DNA of 64,000 bases from a virus: the IMG/VR virus record IMGVR_UViG_3300045988_182866. One strand, 5' to 3'. This document shows, piece after piece, positions 54,292 through 63,635 of this stretch (positions are counted from its first letter, which is position 1; every line of letters starts with the position of its first letter). The notes beneath the pieces were generated by a model. That model did no database searches. It was given only the letters and a program-made list of their open reading frames with translations, and had not been told where the DNA came from. Position numbers and translations under genes: made by a program.

Positions 54292-55008
54292 ATGGGCCTT
54301 AATAGCTTAAAAAATTTAGCCAATGGCTTGGCAGCTACTGGAGCTAATTTTAAAATTGGAGGATTTACTGTTAATCTTCCAACTCTTAATATTTTTAATT
54401 CAAATATTGAATCTCCTTCTACTGGAACTTTTATTGCATCAGCCGGTTCTATTGTTCAAACTTTAACTCAGGGGGCTAAAGGGGTTATGTGTATCGGGAC
54501 ACTTTTAATGAATCCCAATCAAATGTTAAAAGCCCTCAACCTTGCTGGAGATTTTATTCTTGGCCTTGGCCTTCAATTATTAAATGATGTTTATCGGACT
54601 TGCATGGCGCGAGTTAATAATATCCTTGCTACTTCTTATGGATTAGTTTTAGGATATTTTAAAACAATTAAAAACATTATTTCAGCCATCCAAGGTGTAG
54701 GAGATATGCTCAACAATATCTACGAATTCTTTACCGACAGGTCAAAGAGTAAAGTAGATTTTATAATGAAAAGCGATGATTGCGCATACTTCATCGCTAA
54801 CATTTTGCGTTGTATGATTGGCAAAATGGTTACTCCATATTTGAATGAGCTACAACTTAAGGCAGATCAAAAAATTAATAATATTGCTGGAGGAATTGAA
54901 AATAAAATTACTCAAAATACTGAAGTTTTAAACTCAATGTCTTCTTATCTCAATAATCAGGCAATGTTTGTTAATAAATTCACTTCTCAAGTAAACTCTA
55001 TATTCTAA
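54292..55008 (+). CDS. Hypothetical protein, probably baseplate-associated
   Basis: ORF track. First gene of the baseplate-hub-like cluster. A hairpin (AAGGCCCATTA...TAATGGGCCTT) overlaps its start. Confidence 0.4.
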   Translation: MGLNSLKNLANGLAATGANFKIGGFTVNLPTLNIFNSNIESPSTGTFIASAGSIVQTLTQGAKGVMCIGTLLMNPNQMLKALNLAGDFILGLGLQLLNDVYRTCMARVNNILATSYGLVLGYFKTIKNIISAIQGVGDMLNNIYEFFTDRSKSKVDFIMKSDDCAYFIANILRCMIGKMVTPYLNELQLKADQKINNIAGGIENKITQNTEVLNSMSSYLNNQAMFVNKFTSQVNSIF

Positions 55009-55009
55009 T

Positions 55010-55615
55010 ATGTCTAATAAATTATTTGGATCTTATATTGGGATAGTAATTGATGCTGTTGATCCAGAACATTTAGGAAGAGTTCAAGTTTTTATTCCAA
55101 GCCTGGATTGTAATTTAATAAGTTCTTTCACCGGACAAAGTTCTTATATTTTTCCAGGAAACGATACAGGAGGAGATTTATCAATAAGAGATTTAAATCT
55201 TCTTAAAAAAAGTTGTGTCTGGGCATATACTTCTCAGCCTATTTTTGGAGGATCTTCAATTGGCCGAGTAAATGAGTCAACTGGAAAAACAACAGTTTCT
55301 GATTCTGTAACTGATACTGAAGCTTTTTCTATTTCGGAAAATGGAGAAGCTCCAAAAGCTTTCGGAGCAAAGTTCAACTATTATGGAGCAAGACATGATG
55401 CTTTCGCTGTTCCTTCTAATACATTAACTCAAAAAGGTAATTTTACCGGAGAAGATTATTTTCCGGAAAATTATATTAACTCCCCTAAAGGTTCATTTTC
55501 TTTGCCTAATGTCGGTGCCAGAGTACTTGTCACTTTTATTGGCGGAATTAAAAATCAAGCAGTAATTACTGGTAAAGTTCCTTTTGCCCGAGAATATCAA
55601 ATGATGATAGAATAA
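55010..55615 (+). CDS. Baseplate spike N-terminal OB-fold protein, gpV/gp5-like
   Basis: GIVIDAVDPEHLGRVQVFIPSLD resembles the gpV/gp5 OB-domain signature (G.V...DP...GRVRV.IP). Confidence 0.5.
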   Translation: MSNKLFGSYIGIVIDAVDPEHLGRVQVFIPSLDCNLISSFTGQSSYIFPGNDTGGDLSIRDLNLLKKSCVWAYTSQPIFGGSSIGRVNESTGKTTVSDSVTDTEAFSISENGEAPKAFGAKFNYYGARHDAFAVPSNTLTQKGNFTGEDYFPENYINSPKGSFSLPNVGARVLVTFIGGIKNQAVITGKVPFAREYQMMIE

Positions 55616-55616
55616 T

Positions 55617-56240
55617 ATGCAAGTTTCCCCTAATACTAAATCTATTTTGGCTTCTCCCGGAGGTACTATCGAAGCTTCTGATACAGTTACTGGAAGTGTT
55701 CTTAATATTACTCATCCGTCAGGATCTAATGTTCAATTCGGAGATCAAACAACCTCTTATTTTAATTCCGGGAAAAGTCAATCTTTAACACTATCTGATT
55801 CATTTGCAACAATTTATGGAGGTAGTTCAACTTATATTAAAGGAACTGCGGAAATAAGAAATGAAGGAGATCAATTTAATTTAGTTGGACCTACTTCTAT
55901 TATCCAGGAAGAGGTAATCGATAAATGGATTGAAGCTTATGGGCAAGGCATAGGGGCTCTCAAATCTCAATGGAGAGATAACCGGTTTGATTTAGCTATT
56001 ACCGATTATCCAATTAATACTGTTTATTCAGTTCCTTCCGGATTAAGTTCAGTTACAGTTTGTCCACCATTATTAAATGGTACTGCTGAAAATAATAAAG
56101 ATGCAAATACTAAAGCTGAATTCGAAAAACAAATGATGGAGGCCGGACAAAAAAGTACTGAAGAATTACAAAAATCAATAATGGAAACGTATTCTAATTT
56201 TAATGCTAATGCAAAAGCATTGTATAATTTAAACAAATAA
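55617..56240 (+). CDS. Hypothetical baseplate-cluster protein
   Basis: ORF track. Tight coupling with the neighbours (2-nt gaps). Confidence 0.4.
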   Translation: MQVSPNTKSILASPGGTIEASDTVTGSVLNITHPSGSNVQFGDQTTSYFNSGKSQSLTLSDSFATIYGGSSTYIKGTAEIRNEGDQFNLVGPTSIIQEEVIDKWIEAYGQGIGALKSQWRDNRFDLAITDYPINTVYSVPSGLSSVTVCPPLLNGTAENNKDANTKAEFEKQMMEAGQKSTEELQKSIMETYSNFNANAKALYNLNK

Positions 56241-56242
56241 TT

Positions 56243-57925
56243 ATGGCAGACAGAGATACAGTAATTGTCGGCATTGGTCATTCTTCTTTACATCCAAATG
56301 CTACATCCCAGAAATTGGTTAATCCCGGCTTATTAAAATTGGCTAAACAAGATTCTGGATATGATTCTAAAAGAAATGTTATTACCGAATATTTCTATTG
56401 CCGAGGTTTAGCCTTAATGATTTGTGAAGAACTTTCTAAACTTGGGTTAAAAGGAGTGACTTCCAATCGTTATAAAGATTCTGATATTAATGGAGGGTCT
56501 ATGCAAGATCGTGCAATGGGGGCGGAAATTTCTGCTATTAATAGGGCTCTTCCTTCTCTTAATAATCCTAAATGTGCTATTAATCTTCATTTAAATGCCT
56601 TTAAAGCTAATCAAGCTTCAGGTGCAGAAGCTTATTGTCCAAATACTGAGCATGGTAAAATTCTTGGACGGATGCTTAATAAGGCAGTAAGTAATACTCT
56701 TGGGATTAATTTCCGTAAAGTTGTTCCTGCTTCAGTTACTACTAAAGATCTTCCAGGAATGGGTTTTCCCCGCTCGGTTAGAGTACCTGGTGTCCTTTTA
56801 GAATTATTTTTTGTTGATAATAATGAAGATTTAAAAAAAGGTTTAGAAAAAAAGAAGGAATTAGCTGTTAATCTTGCAAAAGCTTTAAAAGATTTTTGTG
56901 ATAAAAATTATCCTGCCTTTGATCCTAACCAGGCATTAGAAGAATCTTATGTCAAATCTTCAGCCTTAGTTCAGGATAAAATTCAAAATAAGGTAGATGA
57001 TGACCAATTAAAAACTATTGCTATTCAAACACAAGAAAATCTTCTTCCTATTGAAAGGGCATTAGGAGAAGGCGGAGATAATTATGATTATTATCTCAAA
57101 AATAATATTCGAATTGTCGGTACTAAACCTGTACCGTTTACTCCATCATTAATTGATGCAACTGGGAATGTTACCACTACTATTACTTTAAGAGAAGGCG
57201 GAACAGTTAATAAACAAATTCCTTATCCTTTATTTCAAAATACTGATTATACTTCTGACTTTCCTACCGGTAAAGAAATAGTATATGTTCAGACGCTTTA
57301 TGAGATGAATTCCTATGAGATTAATTTTAATTCATCTGGACATACTCGCATTAATGCCGGAGGAAATGTAAAAATTACAGCAGGGCAGCAGGTTGATATT
57401 ATTTCTCCTTATGTTCTTAATATGGAAGGCGGAGAAATAGTAAGTATTTCAGCAAATAATATTGCAGTCTCGGGCAATACTACAATAGAAGGAGTTCTTG
57501 GAGTTACTAAAGGCGTTATTTCTTCTGGTCCAATTTATGCCCAGGGAGGATTAGCTGCACCGGCTTTTAATGGTCCCGCAACTATTGATAAAACTAACGA
57601 GCAAGAATTATATGGTTATCTTGCAGCAGCATTAGAATTAATGATTCAGCAAGGTAGAATCAATGTTAATGTAACTGGTACTTTAGCAACTGCTCCTATT
57701 TCAGAAAGTGCCACTTCAATTACTGTCACTGGAGGTTCTTTAGACTTTACTGTTTTAGGAGGAGGAAGCTTGACAGTAAATGATGTTAAATCTGGATTAG
57801 GAGTTGAAGGTAAAGCTTTAGTAACTACACCGCCACATTTGCATTATTTTAAACGTCTTAATGGAACATTGGCAAATTCAGCCATAGATATTCAACAATC
57901 TGTCGCTCCTACTCTAAATCAGTAA
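56243..57925 (+). CDS. Tail-associated peptidoglycan hydrolase: N-terminal N-acetylmuramoyl-L-alanine amidase (Amidase_3-like) + C-terminal beta-helix/needle-like domain (functional analogue of T4 gp5)
   Basis: VIVGIGHSS ... AINLHLNAF ... GAEAYC ... VPGVLLELFFVDNNEDLKKG follows the Amidase_3 pattern (GHGG ... SiHaNa ... G.e.yy ... P.vLvE.gF.sN..d). C-terminal G/V/T/S-rich repeats GNVKITAGQQVDIISPYVLNMEGGEIVSISANNIAVSGNTTIEG. Confidence 0.55.
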   Translation: MADRDTVIVGIGHSSLHPNATSQKLVNPGLLKLAKQDSGYDSKRNVITEYFYCRGLALMICEELSKLGLKGVTSNRYKDSDINGGSMQDRAMGAEISAINRALPSLNNPKCAINLHLNAFKANQASGAEAYCPNTEHGKILGRMLNKAVSNTLGINFRKVVPASVTTKDLPGMGFPRSVRVPGVLLELFFVDNNEDLKKGLEKKKELAVNLAKALKDFCDKNYPAFDPNQALEESYVKSSALVQDKIQNKVDDDQLKTIAIQTQENLLPIERALGEGGDNYDYYLKNNIRIVGTKPVPFTPSLIDATGNVTTTITLREGGTVNKQIPYPLFQNTDYTSDFPTGKEIVYVQTLYEMNSYEINFNSSGHTRINAGGNVKITAGQQVDIISPYVLNMEGGEIVSISANNIAVSGNTTIEGVLGVTKGVISSGPIYAQGGLAAPAFNGPATIDKTNEQELYGYLAAALELMIQQGRINVNVTGTLATAPISESATSITVTGGSLDFTVLGGGSLTVNDVKSGLGVEGKALVTTPPHLHYFKRLNGTLANSAIDIQQSVAPTLNQ

Positions 57926-58184
57926 GTTTAGGCTTATAAGAATCTGATATGATAAAATTATTAAACTTCTTTGTATCAAAATCATAATCAAAGCTAATGC
58001 AAAGATAATAATTTCGAAAATTAATCAGCATATCTTCAAATTCAGAATAAGGAATCTTTTCCTTACAATATCTGATGAATTCTTTATACCCTTCTTTCCA
58101 TTTATCAGGATTAGAGTTCATATTCTTTTCATTAAGAAACTTCCACAAATAAGTTTCTTCTTTAGTCAAATGTTCATATGCCAT
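57909..58184 (-). CDS. Hypothetical protein
   Basis: ORF track. Confidence 0.35.
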   Translation of the reverse strand: MAYEHLTKEETYLWKFLNEKNMNSNPDKWKEGYKEFIRYCKEKIPYSEFEDMLINFRNYYLCISFDYDFDTKKFNNFIISDSYKPKLTDLE

Positions 58185-58833
58185 ACAGCCTTTTAACTTC
58201 TTTATAAAGATTAATATTAGGATTATTCACGATAAATTTAAAATAATCATTGAATTTACCATATTCATCTTCAGGAATAGGAGATGCTCCATATTTTAAT
58301 AAATTTAAAATGACATTTTTAGAGAACTTTTCAGAATCAGGCCAATTAATTCTTTCATGATTAATATAGTTGAACCCGACAGTATTATAAATTAATTTAT
58401 TTTTATATTTTGTAATAAATGGAATAATGTCTTCAGTCTTACAATAAATTGTAAAAAAATCTGATTTAAAATTAAAAAAGATATAATCTGAATTTAAAGA
58501 AATATTATCTTCATCAATACTTTGAAAATTATTATTAATGATAATCCTATTAGACATATAGGTATTTTTCATTTTTTGCTTAGGAATAATTCTTTTCTGA
58601 GTTGACTTTACTTCAATTTTCTTGTTTGGAAATAATTTAGAGTTAATAATGTCACAACCAACTTCATATGCTACTTCCCCCTGTAAGATGTCAGCAATGA
58701 TATATTCTTCTAATTTTGATGTAACAAATCGGGATTCTCTGGAATTACAAGCTGTATTCAAATCTATATAACTTTGAAATCCATTCATTAATGATGAAAA
58801 TGTCCGGAATTTATCTGATTTTAATTTTTTCAT
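58174..58833 (-). CDS. Hypothetical protein
   Basis: ORF track. Confidence 0.4.
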   Translation of the reverse strand: MKKLKSDKFRTFSSLMNGFQSYIDLNTACNSRESRFVTSKLEEYIIADILQGEVAYEVGCDIINSKLFPNKKIEVKSTQKRIIPKQKMKNTYMSNRIIINNNFQSIDEDNISLNSDYIFFNFKSDFFTIYCKTEDIIPFITKYKNKLIYNTVGFNYINHERINWPDSEKFSKNVILNLLKYGASPIPEDEYGKFNDYFKFIVNNPNINLYKEVKRLYGI

Positions 58834-59025
58834 TTTTTATTCATTAAAAATATATTCTGAAAAATAACAGGTGACTTGGCAATTTTCAAGAATAATATAT
58901 GAAATTTTCAATTGAGCACCACTGAAAATTCAGATTCAGTTTATATTCACATTTGTGAAATTTATTGATAAAAATATATTATAAAATTGATTTAAAATAA
59001 TAAAAGAAATAATAGATCAAATTTA

Positions 59026-59652
59026 ATGGCTAATTTTTATGTTCCAAATTATACAGAAGAAGAATTTGAAGAATTAGATAATAAAGTTCTTCTTTTATCA
59101 AAAGAAAAATATACTCAACTGGGAATTAAATTTAACGATTATAATCCAATAGTTGACACGAAGAAAATAATTTGTTCAATATCTTATAATGATCCAAAAG
59201 TTAATTATATTATATATGATGATATTGAAAATGTAAAATTATTTGATGAACTTGGTGTAAATTTTTGGTATACAGTTCTTATTCAATATTTTTTACTTAC
59301 TGCCAGAATAGGATCAAATGAAGCTCAAGATAATTTAAAGTATTTCTTTAATATTTCGGCAAGAAAAGATAGGACAGCTTTAAACTTTCTTAAAGTAAAT
59401 CAGAATAAAAATTCAGGGATATTTTTAAAAAAAGGCTATCTTACTGAAATTGCATATTATCTTTCTAAAAAAGATTTATCTAGTTTAAGATATAATTTTA
59501 TTGCTCAAGATGTATTAGATAAATTTTTTTATGTTTTTAAAAAGCTTGGGGAAAATAAAAATATTGAAATTAAAAGTAAAGATAAAATCTTGGTAAAAAT
59601 TGGTATGGCAGCATTAGAAGCAATTTTAACTTTTCCTGAAACATGCGTTTAG
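59026..59652 (+). CDS. Hypothetical protein
   Basis: ORF track. Confidence 0.4.
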   Translation: MANFYVPNYTEEEFEELDNKVLLLSKEKYTQLGIKFNDYNPIVDTKKIICSISYNDPKVNYIIYDDIENVKLFDELGVNFWYTVLIQYFLLTARIGSNEAQDNLKYFFNISARKDRTALNFLKVNQNKNSGIFLKKGYLTEIAYYLSKKDLSSLRYNFIAQDVLDKFFYVFKKLGENKNIEIKSKDKILVKIGMAALEAILTFPETCV

Positions 59653-59960
59653 ATAATTATACTAGAAAAACTTTATCTGTACAAATAACATGCAATTATC
59701 AATATGGTAAAGGTGAGAGAGAACTTGGTATTTGGCGCATTTTTGATAAAAATATTGGAATATGTACAATTAATGAAGCTATTATCAATAATTTTAATGA
59801 GATAAAACAATATTATGCAGTAAAATTTAAACCTATTCTTAGACAAATTAATATTTTAATTTGTTTTATTACTCCTAAACAGGAAAAGGCTCAATTAGAA
59901 AATCCTTATAAGGATTTTCAAGGAGCTATGCTTATTGGGAAAAATTCTGTATTGATGTAG
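59643..59960 (+). CDS. Hypothetical protein
   Basis: ORF track. Confidence 0.35.
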   Translation: MRLDNYTRKTLSVQITCNYQYGKGERELGIWRIFDKNIGICTINEAIINNFNEIKQYYAVKFKPILRQINILICFITPKQEKAQLENPYKDFQGAMLIGKNSVLM

Positions 59961-60180
59961 AATATGGAAGAAATAATCAGTCAAAAGAAATATTTTTTTC
60001 ATCTTCTACTTTTGAGTATATCAAAACAATTTATGATTTTCTTGATATAAATCTTTATAATGAAGATATATTAGAAAAATTTAAAGAAAAATGCTGTAAT
60101 GTTTGCCATAAAAATAAAAGAAAGTATTTGAAAGTTAATATACTGAAGTTTCTTTATTTTTGTAATGAAATTGGATATAA

Positions 60181-60645
60181 ATGGTTACAGCACCATTAAA
60201 ATTTAAGAAAAATAATTTAATTATTTTAATGAGTAAATGGATTTCATGGGATTTTGATGATACTCTTTATGATCCATATTCTGGCCAATTAATTGGACAA
60301 ACTTATAAGATCTTTAAAAATCAATTAAAATCTGGAGCAAAACTTTGTATTACAACATATAGATACAGAGATGAATGTGAGACTATTGAAAAATTGTTTC
60401 CAAATATTCCAATTTTTGCAACTGGAAGAGAATCTAAAGTTGAGTTATTAAGAGGTTTAGAAGGCGGAGTAAAGAGTCATTATGACGATCATTTAACATT
60501 ATGTCTTGAATTATTAAACACTAAAATTTGTCAGCCAATTTTTATTAAGCATCATTGGATGCCAAATTATGATTTGCCAAAAGAATTAAAGATAATTAAT
60601 ATTACAGAAGTAAAACAAAAAGGATTTAGAGGATTATATGGATAA
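60181..60645 (+). CDS. Small HAD-like hydrolase (possible nucleotidase/phosphatase)
   Basis: WDFDDTLYD matches HAD motif I (DxDxT). Confidence 0.35.
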   Translation: MVTAPLKFKKNNLIILMSKWISWDFDDTLYDPYSGQLIGQTYKIFKNQLKSGAKLCITTYRYRDECETIEKLFPNIPIFATGRESKVELLRGLEGGVKSHYDDHLTLCLELLNTKICQPIFIKHHWMPNYDLPKELKIINITEVKQKGFRGLYG

Positions 60646-60874
60646 AGAATTATTTGAACCATGGTTTGGAGAAGTTTTCTTTGATGGTATTGTTGCCGGG
60701 TTTATTACTATCTCTGAACCAAAAGTAATTATATTTGTTTCTGAAATTGGTAATTGCCCAACATACGGTGGTGTTTTGCTTTCTGAAAAAGATAAAGTAG
60801 GAAAAATAATTTTATTTCCTCCGGATAATAAAATTGAAAATATAGTAGAGACTGTTCGAAATGGAGGAGAATAA
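60638..60874 (+). CDS. Hypothetical protein
   Basis: ORF track. Confidence 0.35.
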   Translation: MDKELFEPWFGEVFFDGIVAGFITISEPKVIIFVSEIGNCPTYGGVLLSEKDKVGKIILFPPDNKIENIVETVRNGGE

Positions 60875-61643
60875 AGAAGTTGATTATTCTTATGTGACTT
60901 TTTATCGAGATAAAACTGGAGAAGTTTTGAGGTATAAATTTGGAAGATGCCTTAATGACTGTATTTCTGATTTTAAAGTTTATCTTGATGAAAATAAAAA
61001 TCTGATTCAACTTTATAAAAATAATAAAAGAATTTTTTCTGGAAATTTATCTAATGAAGATACTTGGAAACGTAAAGTTTATTTCTATCTTTTGAAAGAC
61101 ATATTTCCAAATGAACCAATTAAAATTGACTGGAATTGGAACAATCAAAATATTCATATTCTTCAAAAAGAATTAAGCAAGGAACGAAAAGAAAGATTTG
61201 AGAAAAATCCAAGACATTATGTTCTCAAATATGGGCTTGACTCTGAAGAAGGAAAATTATTAATAGAAGCCCCCTATATTCCAGGAAAAGAATTTAAGAA
61301 AATTATAGGAGGACCTAAATGGAAAGATTGGAAACTTGCAATTAAAAAAGATCCGAAAATGCCTCTTCGAGTCATATTGACTCATATACGACACACTAAG
61401 ACCAATTATGATTTATATATGAGACAAAGAATGTGTATAAAGCTAGCCCGAGAAAAGGTTAAAGATGAAATTTTTAATATTGCTTTATCTTGGGGAATTG
61501 ACGAAAAGAAACTAGAAAAAGCTTTAACTCCAAGAATTATTAAAAGGGAAAGTCGCAATATACAAACAATAATTAAAAAAGCCATGAGGCTTACTAGAAC
61601 TAATGAATGGCAGAATCAAAGACTACGCTCCAAGAAAGCTTGA
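60861..61643 (+). CDS. Hypothetical protein
   Basis: ORF track. Confidence 0.4.
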   Translation: MEENKEVDYSYVTFYRDKTGEVLRYKFGRCLNDCISDFKVYLDENKNLIQLYKNNKRIFSGNLSNEDTWKRKVYFYLLKDIFPNEPIKIDWNWNNQNIHILQKELSKERKERFEKNPRHYVLKYGLDSEEGKLLIEAPYIPGKEFKKIIGGPKWKDWKLAIKKDPKMPLRVILTHIRHTKTNYDLYMRQRMCIKLAREKVKDEIFNIALSWGIDEKKLEKALTPRIIKRESRNIQTIIKKAMRLTRTNEWQNQRLRSKKA

Positions 61644-61866
61644 AGAAAAACAATTGAGTACATTAACTTTTGTTGAAAAGATTTATTCTCCTTCAGATAA
61701 TTTATTAGAATTCACTTGTTTTTTACCTATTGAAGATACTATGTATAAGATAAACTATTCTAGAAAAAAATTTGATGATGGAGGAGAACCCGTTGGAGAT
61801 TTTTACCTTATTGGCGGAAGATGTATCCCTTGCAGTATAAAGTATAAAATTACAGACGAAGACTAA
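61603..61866 (+). CDS. Hypothetical protein
   Basis: ORF track. Confidence 0.35.
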   Translation: MNGRIKDYAPRKLEEKQLSTLTFVEKIYSPSDNLLEFTCFLPIEDTMYKINYSRKKFDDGGEPVGDFYLIGGRCIPCSIKYKITDED

Positions 61867-61867
61867 A

Positions 61868-62230
61868 ATGGACGAATCATATACATTTAAAAAATATTTG
61901 TTGGGCCTGGTTAAAAACACAGAAAATCACGATATATTTTATTTTAAACCAGGAACAATTTTTATAAATTGCTATTTCCCAGGTAATTTTATAATTGAGA
62001 TTAATAAAGAATATCCTATGGGAGGAGCTACAAAATTTATTGCTAGCTTAATAGATGCTAAATTTAGAACAACTATTCTTACTTGTTTCCTTGATGAAGA
62101 TGAATATCATACGTTTCACTCGGCAGCAAGAAATTATCGAACTAAACGAGGAAAACAGATTGAAAATCACATGAAATATATTTTAGAACAGTGGAAGAAA
62201 GACGAGTTCTATGATAGAGATAAAATGTAA
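61868..62230 (+). CDS. Hypothetical protein
   Basis: ORF track. Confidence 0.4.
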   Translation: MDESYTFKKYLLGLVKNTENHDIFYFKPGTIFINCYFPGNFIIEINKEYPMGGATKFIASLIDAKFRTTILTCFLDEDEYHTFHSAARNYRTKRGKQIENHMKYILEQWKKDEFYDRDKM

Positions 62231-62269
62231 AGCACCTTTGATTTTATAGAAAAAATATAAAAATAAGTT

Positions 62270-62839
62270 ATGTTTAAAAACCTATCCATCATTTTTCTGA
62301 TGGCAATTTTACCATCGTCTGCCCTTGAATATGGTTTTAGTCTTTCGGGTTCAGCTTATACAGGGCATGGTAAAATAACTGAGAATTTCGATATTCCAGA
62401 TCTTTCTGGATTCGAATTATCATTATGGGGTAAGCAACAAAAGGTTGATTCAAAGTTTTCTCATACTTTTTCTTTTATTTTTGGCCAATTGGGAGGAGAA
62501 AAAGAATATCTTAATAAAAATATTGGCCTAGATCTTACCATTTATCCATTCATGTTTGGTTATAAAGCCCAGTACAATTATACTGATCGAATTGGATTTT
62601 ATGGTGAAGTTCTAGGCGGAATATCTTATGGAGAAGTTAAAGTTGATTGGCCGTCTCAATTTGGACCAGGTTTCGAAGAAAACCGATATAAAGCGGCTAT
62701 GGGAACCTTTGAATTTGGAACAGGTATTTCAATTAGACTTGATGAAGATGTTCGTCTAAATGTTGGATATTCAATGTATAAATTTGAATATTGCCAACCA
62801 TTCAATGGTGTTAAGATCGGGCTTTCCTTGTCTTTTTAG
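62270..62839 (+). CDS. Outer-membrane beta-barrel protein (Ail/Lom/OmpX-like) with signal peptide
   Basis: N-terminal hydrophobic signal MFKNLSIIFLMAILPSSA. Alternating amphipathic beta-strands rich in Y/G/F. C-terminal ...GVKIGLSLSF ending in Phe, the typical OMP beta-barrel signature. Confidence 0.5.
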   Translation: MFKNLSIIFLMAILPSSALEYGFSLSGSAYTGHGKITENFDIPDLSGFELSLWGKQQKVDSKFSHTFSFIFGQLGGEKEYLNKNIGLDLTIYPFMFGYKAQYNYTDRIGFYGEVLGGISYGEVKVDWPSQFGPGFEENRYKAAMGTFEFGTGISIRLDEDVRLNVGYSMYKFEYCQPFNGVKIGLSLSF

Positions 62840-63053
62840 TAGGCTTAACTTCTTTAATTAATTCTTCGGTTTTAACTTCAGCAGAAGGCGTTTCAGAAAC
62901 AATTTCTTCGGCTTTCTTCGCTTCAAATATTTCAGCTAACTTAATTTCTTCAGGAGTCATATCAGCCTCAGTAACAGGTTGAGGCTTAGTAACTGGAAAC
63001 TGGCTGTTAAGCATTTCAACTAAACTCATTACAGGTCCATTAGTCATAGACAT
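62811..63053 (-). CDS. Hypothetical protein
   Basis: ORF track. Confidence 0.35.
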   Translation of the reverse strand: MSMTNGPVMSLVEMLNSQFPVTKPQPVTEADMTPEEIKLAEIFEAKKAEEIVSETPSAEVKTEELIKEVKPTKKTRKARS

Positions 63054-63059
63054 ATATTT

Positions 63060-63290
63060 ATGATAAACATTATAATTTATATAATACTATCAATAGTTGT
63101 AGTTATTGCGAATTTTTGCGCTCTTTTATTAATAGGCGATTCTATTACTATTATTTGGACCTGGTTTAAAAAGAAAGAAATTTGTGAAACCAAAAAGGAA
63201 TTGTTGTTCAGTAATACTACTGGGCTTGGATTGATTTTTATGCTAGATGTTATTGTAATTCCTTGTATGTATTTGATTGCAACAAATTAA
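63060..63290 (+). CDS. Hypothetical small membrane protein
   Basis: IIIYIILSIVVVIANFCALLLIG TM segment. Confidence 0.35.
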   Translation: MINIIIYIILSIVVVIANFCALLLIGDSITIIWTWFKKKEICETKKELLFSNTTGLGLIFMLDVIVIPCMYLIATN

Positions 63291-63324
63291 GCTATATAGC
63301 AAGTTTTGAATTTAAAAGCGATAT

Positions 63325-63630
63325 TTGATGATGAATACCTATGACATTAGAGAATATTTTGATAATATTTTATTAGGAAATCCTGAAGAAATTATTGATA
63401 ATCTTTCTATTATAGAAGATCATTTTTTCTATGTTGTTAATTTTATAAATGAAAATAATGAAGATTACATCTATAGTATAGATAAATCTTTAATTTTTAA
63501 TTTATGGGGATTGTTAGGACATCATGTTCGGGTATATTTGAATAACGAAGAACATAATTATAAGTTTACATATAGAATATCTCATAAAAAGTATAAGAAA
63601 ATTTTGCAAGAAATAAAGGAACGAAAGTAA
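63325..63630 (+). CDS. Hypothetical protein
   Basis: ORF track. Confidence 0.4.
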   Translation: MMMNTYDIREYFDNILLGNPEEIIDNLSIIEDHFFYVVNFINENNEDYIYSIDKSLIFNLWGLLGHHVRVYLNNEEHNYKFTYRISHKKYKKILQEIKERK

Positions 63631-63635
63631 CAAAA

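Noticed and set aside
54271-54300. Hairpin AAGGCCCATTA-aatattgac-TAATGGGCCTT after the ClpP-like gene.
   Set aside because: There is no downstream T-tract on either strand and it overlaps the next gene's start. It may be a weak attenuator or RNA-stability element but is not a convincing terminator.
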